Below, piece after piece: positions 58,901 to 64,000 of a stretch of 64,000 nucleotides of DNA (the stretch's first letter is position 1; each line of letters begins with the position of its first letter). This DNA comes from a virus: the IMG/VR virus record IMGVR_UViG_3300013131_004609, positions 4,751 through 68,750 of that record; one strand, given 5' to 3'. The position numbers and the translations under genes were made by a program. Below the pieces are notes generated by a model, which searched no databases, had not been told where the DNA came from, and saw only the letters and a list, made by a program, of their open reading frames with translations.

Positions 58901-61429
58901 ATGTCTGTCATCAAGGTCACAAGTAATGACGTAGAGTACTTCACAGTAGTAACGACACCTAATCGTCACTATCTGTCAAGTTCTGTGTCAGGAGTAACCG
59001 GCTCAGTAAAAGTCTTTCCGAGACTCTCTAAAACAGAGAAGGACACTTCTGTAGAGTTTAGTGATCTGAGAGTAAACGACACTAATTTCGAAGACACAGC
59101 AGAAAAAATCAAGAGAGCGTCTAGAGGAACTCGTCTGGCGAAAGGGTCCATCTTGGGACTAATTTCTGGGTCAGCGAGTTCATATTTTTCTCTCGTAGAG
59201 AAGTACTCTCCTCGAAAGAAAGTAGTTCTCGACGTCGAGAGGTTTACACCCTCGACTCGTTTTACGGCCTACACACTGATAAAAAACAACATCAAGAACG
59301 TCTTGATGCCATACTACAAGGTCAGTTACCCACAGGCAAATTGGGCATACACCAACTACAACTCCTTGAATTTCTTCACGTCTTTCAATGGATCTACTCA
59401 ATTAGTTCCTACTTCTTCTGTTCTACTCTATCCCAACTCTATCGACCCAGACCTACCAGAACACACAGGTTACATCTCCGGTTCTTACTGTCTTTCAGGA
59501 GCATTTAGTTTTGACTTCTACATGAATCCTCGTTACAAAGAGGACGGAATAGATGCCAGTCACTTTAAGGACGGAACCATATTTCACTTGTCTTCGAGCT
59601 ACGCTCTATCGCTAATCACGGGATCAAGGAAAGACATCAATGGTTATCCTGAAGGATTTAGGCTGAAACTACAGCTAAGTCACAGTGCAGATTACGCTCC
59701 TTCAAAAGCAGTTCCGGGATCATATCCTTATGATCTTGTGTTCATCTCAAACGACAATGTTTTGACGAGAAATAATTGGCATCGTGTGACAGTCCGATGG
59801 GGAACAGACATCTACAATAACGGCACTGGTTCCTTCCTTGTCGACGGAACTACATGTGGCAACTTTGTCATTCCTTCCGGAACGATAATGCCCAAGAGCT
59901 TCTTGGGAAAGAACAATCCCGACGTCTTGTGTGTTGGAAATTTCTATGAAGGAAAAAATCAAGGAACCGACGCACAAAACTTATTTTTTGCAGTAAGACC
60001 CTCCAGGAGAGAAGGACTAGACAGACTCACTTCAGACACAACATACGATCAGCCGGTTTCTGCTTCTTTTAATCATCCTCTCAAAGCTGAAGTACATGAC
60101 CTCACGATTAAGAGATATTTTCTGTCCGACTATGAGATGTCTGTCACGGGATCACGAGGCATAGGTCTAGACGCCCTCAGTAAGAAGAACGTCGCTTTTT
60201 ACGTTCCACCTTTCTTTGTCGAAAACACACAGGTTAGAAGATTCGTTGGAGACTACGGAGGAATTCTGCAGACTCCGTTCTTCGAGATAGACGGAACGAC
60301 GGACGATCCATTCAATGTTGCGATGGCATTCGGTGTCAATGGACACTACATCAATCTTGAGAATTTCACCAAAGACTTTGCGACAGGACGTTTTCCACGC
60401 TTGTTGCACTTGTCGGCCTCTGCGATAGACCACACAACACAGGCAAGAGCTGCAAACGATTTCTTGTACGATAATGGTGCAGTCGCTAAGAGAAACTTGA
60501 CGATATTGCCTTGCGACGACGGCAACTTCACTCCCAATTACGAGTTACTCACCAGAGAGACTCTCACGAACAGATTCACTGACGGCCTCGCTTACGATTA
60601 CAGTTACGTCAATCTGGATCACTTGGTGTCCGAGTCTTCTATAAGAAACGGAGGATTGCCCACAACTGTCAGTTCTACGGGGGAAGACGACAACGACACT
60701 TACATAGAACAGCTGTACGGTCCGACCGACTCCGTCCCAGGACTACCACCGGGAACTGCATATTTGAACTACATGTCAGCAGTCACTTCTTCTCTCGCTG
60801 GAGCCACTGAGGACAGTACATTCGACAGGGGTGTGCAGAGAGGAGCACCACTTGCCATCTACTACCGCACTGGAGACCCTTCTTCAAACCAGATCACCAT
60901 CTTCAACATCAGCAACTTGTACTACGGCAGGAGGATATTGCCTGGTTCTTTTGAGATAAAAGATTCTTCTCTTTCTGGTTCCAATGGATCTGTGAGAATA
61001 ACACTCAGAGACGACAGCCAAGGAAACTTGTATAGAGCCGACGCCAACACACCTCACGACACGAAAAACTCAGTGGGAAATATCTTTTACGACGAGGGAA
61101 TAGTCCTGATAAAGAGTCCTCACCTGTATTTCTTTGGAAAGAATCAGTACGAGATGACGTTCAAGGGAGTCAAGAACGTGTATACGTCGAAGTACGAGAT
61201 CCTCGCAGGACCAGGCCTATTGAATTCTTCTTCCAATCCTAGCTACATAGAAAATGCCTCGAATTTAAGAGCTTCGGGAGACCCTACCGATCTAGACACT
61301 TTCGTCTACATCTCCGGACTCAACTTCCACGACGAGAACATGAATGTGGTGGCGAAGGCCCGGTTGGCACAACCCATCATAAAGCGTGAAGGCGACAAGA
61401 TTTTGTTTAAGGTTGCGTTTGACTGGTAG
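58901..61429 (+). CDS. Putative baseplate protein with LamG-like domain and tail-collar-like C-terminus
   Basis: FSFDFY, WHRVTVRW LamG; VGNIFY.EGI, N.SSNPSY, YISGLNFHD...VAKARLAQPI.K...FKVAFDW, paralogous to 57585. Confidence 0.65.
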   Translation: MSVIKVTSNDVEYFTVVTTPNRHYLSSSVSGVTGSVKVFPRLSKTEKDTSVEFSDLRVNDTNFEDTAEKIKRASRGTRLAKGSILGLISGSASSYFSLVEKYSPRKKVVLDVERFTPSTRFTAYTLIKNNIKNVLMPYYKVSYPQANWAYTNYNSLNFFTSFNGSTQLVPTSSVLLYPNSIDPDLPEHTGYISGSYCLSGAFSFDFYMNPRYKEDGIDASHFKDGTIFHLSSSYALSLITGSRKDINGYPEGFRLKLQLSHSADYAPSKAVPGSYPYDLVFISNDNVLTRNNWHRVTVRWGTDIYNNGTGSFLVDGTTCGNFVIPSGTIMPKSFLGKNNPDVLCVGNFYEGKNQGTDAQNLFFAVRPSRREGLDRLTSDTTYDQPVSASFNHPLKAEVHDLTIKRYFLSDYEMSVTGSRGIGLDALSKKNVAFYVPPFFVENTQVRRFVGDYGGILQTPFFEIDGTTDDPFNVAMAFGVNGHYINLENFTKDFATGRFPRLLHLSASAIDHTTQARAANDFLYDNGAVAKRNLTILPCDDGNFTPNYELLTRETLTNRFTDGLAYDYSYVNLDHLVSESSIRNGGLPTTVSSTGEDDNDTYIEQLYGPTDSVPGLPPGTAYLNYMSAVTSSLAGATEDSTFDRGVQRGAPLAIYYRTGDPSSNQITIFNISNLYYGRRILPGSFEIKDSSLSGSNGSVRITLRDDSQGNLYRADANTPHDTKNSVGNIFYDEGIVLIKSPHLYFFGKNQYEMTFKGVKNVYTSKYEILAGPGLLNSSSNPSYIENASNLRASGDPTDLDTFVYISGLNFHDENMNVVAKARLAQPIIKREGDKILFKVAFDW

Positions 61430-61458
61430 GTTTAGCCCGTTTCTACATACTTATATGC

Positions 61459-62445
61459 ATGTTCGTAGAAATCAAAATTCTTCCCAGGAAGAATGCAGGC
61501 ACAACAAAGAATTCCGGCAATCCACCACGAGCTCTCGTCCTAAAATGCGATGGTTGCGGATCTCTTTTTGAGAAGAAGTGGCTCAAGGAAACTTTTGAGG
61601 CCAATCACCACTATTGCAAAATCCAGTGCCATTATGCAAACAGAGGTGGAATTGGCGGCTATGGTGCTGAAATCCTCGAGACATCCTGTCTCATTTGCGA
61701 CAAACTCATTAAGGTGAGAAAAGTAGGCAATGAGAGGAAGTGGGGCAAGACGTGTTCGAGGAAATGCTACGGAGTCTTTAGGTCAAACAACTCTAACCTA
61801 TACGAGAGCAACACTTCCATGATGCACACGGAAGAATCTTGGAAGAAGATAAGAGAAAGTGTTCAGGAGAGAATGGCGCAGCCTGATTGGGTTCCTGGTT
61901 TCAAGGGCAAGCATCACAGCGAAGAATCAAAAGAGAAACTGAGAGAAGCTAAGAGGATAAACCCACCTGTCGGCGAGAAGAACGGCATGTTTGGAAAGAA
62001 ACACTCGGACGAAACCAGGAATAGAATGTCCGAATTAAGAACTTTAAAGATGATTGACGGTTCCGTCAAGCCTTATGGTAACAACAATCACTTGAACGGC
62101 CACTACATTTCAGAAAAGACCGGTCTGACTCATAGATACCGATCATCGTGGGAGTTGGCAACAATGAGATCCTTAGACTCAGACCATGAAGTTACTTCAT
62201 GGAGCTATGAGAGCATTAGAATACCATACTATTATCAAAGACACAAGCGGTGGTACGTACCAGACTTCTTTGTCGAGTTCTCAGATGGTAGAAAAGAAAT
62301 CTGGGAGATCAAACCAAAGCAGTTTATCGATTCAGAAGCAAATAAACTCAAGTCCGAAGCAGCCTTGAGATTCTGCCCAGAGAATGGAATAGCCAACTAT
62401 CTTGTCTTGACAAGGGACGAACTCGTGACACGAGGAATACTTTAA
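61459..62445 (+). CDS. Homing-endonuclease-like protein: Zn ribbons + 2 NUMOD3 + TnsA-like PD-(D/E)XK domain
   Basis: CDGC, C...C, CLIC, CSRKC; KGKHHSEESKEKL and FGKKHSDETRNRMS; YRSSWE..YE..YVPDF..EIKP. Confidence 0.8.
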   Translation: MFVEIKILPRKNAGTTKNSGNPPRALVLKCDGCGSLFEKKWLKETFEANHHYCKIQCHYANRGGIGGYGAEILETSCLICDKLIKVRKVGNERKWGKTCSRKCYGVFRSNNSNLYESNTSMMHTEESWKKIRESVQERMAQPDWVPGFKGKHHSEESKEKLREAKRINPPVGEKNGMFGKKHSDETRNRMSELRTLKMIDGSVKPYGNNNHLNGHYISEKTGLTHRYRSSWELATMRSLDSDHEVTSWSYESIRIPYYYQRHKRWYVPDFFVEFSDGRKEIWEIKPKQFIDSEANKLKSEAALRFCPENGIANYLVLTRDELVTRGIL

Positions 62446-62447
62446 AC

Positions 62448-62849
62448 ATGGCTACCACCAAGAAGAAGCGAAAGAAGAGGAGGGGACACTACATCCGTGG
62501 AACCTACACCTCTCCGATCGCCGGTGAGTGCCGCTTCCGTTCGGGCTGGGAGCATCGCCTTATGATCCACCTCGATGCGAGTCCCGATGTGGAGTTTTGG
62601 TCCTACGAGAAGACAGTGATCGAGTACGTGTCCAACGTGAAGACCAAGAAGATTCGCAAGTACTACCCAGACTTCCTCGTGAGGTACAAGGACGGTCGGA
62701 CCGAACTCATCGAGGTTAAACCTAAGAGGAAATTAGAGCAGGCCGTGATCAAGAAGAAGATGGCCGCCGCCCTCCTGTGGTGTGCTGAACACGGGATGAC
62801 ATATAGAATAGTCACCGAAATACAGTTAAAGGAACTAGGTTTACTATAG
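62448..62849 (+). CDS. TnsA-like endonuclease, probable T4 gp4-like head completion nuclease
   Basis: FRSGWE...WSYE..I.Y...YYPDF...EVKP...K..AA..WC...G..Y.I.TE. Confidence 0.8.
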   Translation: MATTKKKRKKRRGHYIRGTYTSPIAGECRFRSGWEHRLMIHLDASPDVEFWSYEKTVIEYVSNVKTKKIRKYYPDFLVRYKDGRTELIEVKPKRKLEQAVIKKKMAAALLWCAEHGMTYRIVTEIQLKELGLL

Positions 62850-62879
62850 AATGATTTTTTATCTTCAGTTTTCGAACAA

Positions 62880-63593
62880 ATGACGGAGAAAAATTATCCC
62901 TCGGGGTCAGTTTATCCAAATATTTGGTTTCAGGGTGGCGGTTATGCCTGCATCTGGTCATTCGGCGTCGCGCAGGCAATAAAAGAGTCAAAATTTAATT
63001 TCAGTAACGTTGGTGGGTATTCTGCCGGAGCTTTGGTCGCAACTTTTCTCTGCAACCCCCACACAAGTGTAGAAAATTGTCTTGATTCTTGTTTTGATGG
63101 TCCTTACGGTCCAAAGAAAAGCATTTTTGCGCCCATAGGTCGACACCAAAGAAACATGACATACATGGCAGAAGCCTGTGCAGGTCATCCCCACGACTGG
63201 AATTGTAATTTTTACAATCAAAAACTGTGGATACCGATCAGGGGCTTGATGTCTTTCACAGGATCGTGGAGATCTCGATATAGAAACTATGATGATTTAG
63301 TAGATGTCGTAGTTTCTTCAGGATGCATACCTGGCATGTCCGGCGAGCTTTCAAATTGTTACTATCAAGACAATAGTGAAAAAAGAGGACCCACCATTGA
63401 CGGAGGTTTATTTTCATCAACACCACCAGAATTCTGGAAAGGAGATACTATCATTGTATCTCCCTGGGGAAGCGGAGACATAAACATGAATCCGTCAGCT
63501 CGATTTTTAGATATCATAATACCAAGAATTGATAGACTTTGGATGTATTATCAACTTGGAGTAACGCAGGGGAGAAAATTTTTCTCGTCTTGA
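62880..63593 (+). CDS. Patatin-like phospholipase
   Basis: Oxyanion GGG, nucleophile GYSAG, SGCIPG, catalytic DGG. Confidence 0.8.
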   Translation: MTEKNYPSGSVYPNIWFQGGGYACIWSFGVAQAIKESKFNFSNVGGYSAGALVATFLCNPHTSVENCLDSCFDGPYGPKKSIFAPIGRHQRNMTYMAEACAGHPHDWNCNFYNQKLWIPIRGLMSFTGSWRSRYRNYDDLVDVVVSSGCIPGMSGELSNCYYQDNSEKRGPTIDGGLFSSTPPEFWKGDTIIVSPWGSGDINMNPSARFLDIIIPRIDRLWMYYQLGVTQGRKFFSS

Positions 63594-63604
63594 AATAAAA
63601 TATT

Positions 63605-64000
63605 ATGTCAAACCTCATTCTAGGCCTCGATGTGTCCACCTCCGTCACGGGAGTGTGCGTTGTGGATCCTGAATTGGAACCTGTTAACGGTGCCAACATC
63701 GCGTATCTCGATCGGATTGAATTCAAGAAGTGTGTGACTCTCTGGGACAAAGCAGATCGGATAAAGACTGAACTGCTCCTCCTCAAGGCTAGATTCCCAT
63801 CTGTTACAATCTTCGCCCTCGAGGAGCCCCTTCTTGGATTTTCTAAGGGCATGAGTTCTGCGGCAACCATCACCACGTTGATGCGATTCAACGGCATCGT
63901 CTCATACATCGGACGAGAAGTGTTCGGTCTCGAACCCACATACATACCTGCAGCATCGGCTCGAAAGCTGTGCGGAGTGAAGTTGCAAAAGACCTCGGTG
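63605..64000 (+). CDS. RuvC-like Holliday junction resolvase (runs off window end)
   Basis: Read by hand: MSNLILGLDVSTSVTG...FALEEP...LMRFNGIV...ARK; absent from ORF track because it has no stop in the window. Confidence 0.75.
   Translation, partial: MSNLILGLDVSTSVTGVCVVDPELEPVNGANIAYLDRIEFKKCVTLWDKADRIKTELLLLKARFPSVTIFALEEPLLGFSKGMSSAATITTLMRFNGIVSYIGREVFGLEPTYIPAASARKLCGVKLQKTSV

Noticed and set aside
61459-62849. Tn7-like transposon suggested by TnsA-like domains
   Set aside because: No TnsB/TnsC/TniQ or terminal repeats; phage gp4-like context explains the domain
770-63221. Many 60-190 aa ORFs antisense to or nested in long genes (e.g. 56949-57515, 50794-51315, 42340-42783, 46296-46742)
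   Set aside because: No motifs or RBS noticed; expected shadows of the real genes' codon bias
63514-63945. 143 aa minus-strand ORF
   Set aside because: Antisense shadow of the RuvC-like gene on the plus strand
1-64000. Stop-codon reassignment
   Set aside because: Long ORFs are intact in the standard code and TAG, TGA and TAA all end genes at sensible boundaries
1-64000. Diversity-generating retroelement, introns or inteins
   Set aside because: No reverse transcriptase, template/variable repeat pair or intein motifs noticed; enzymes are not oversized. A self dot-plot would be needed to exclude short repeats

Overview
This 64-kb window is best read as part of a large (jumbo-type) tailed bacteriophage genome with a contractile-tail baseplate, in the standard genetic code. 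Layout: (i) 1-2.5 kb translation accessory genes (degenerate PTH2, tRNA-Leu(CAA), tRNA(CAU), TilS, HAD phosphatase); (ii) 2.5-18 kb minus-strand virion block (gp5-like hub/spike, gp25-like, gp6/J-like wedge, LamG-containing wedge, several Ser/Gly-rich proteins); (iii) a gp55-like sigma factor; (iv) a ~20 kb minus-strand glycan cluster (10 glycosyltransferase-like genes, NeuA/NeuB, methyltransferases, UDP-sugar dehydrogenase, epimerase, deacetylase) with no flippase or polymerase; (v) 39.5-46.8 kb mostly plus-strand genes (eroded GroEL, ClpP, DinG, Hc1-like, stand-alone sigma region 4, PIN-PhoH); (vi) 46.9-61.4 kb second virion block; (vii) two TnsA/gp4-like nucleases, a patatin and a truncated RuvC-like gene. 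The strongest candidates for new biology are: a virion glycosylation system with a recurring [S/T]-G-S motif in a subset of virion proteins; a phage TilS/tRNA-Ile2 pair alongside an AUA codon split between early-type and virion genes; a possible two-piece sigma with a candidate late promoter motif; and an ATPase-dead GroEL. All family assignments come from motif recognition by eye and all counts are manual; no database searches were run.
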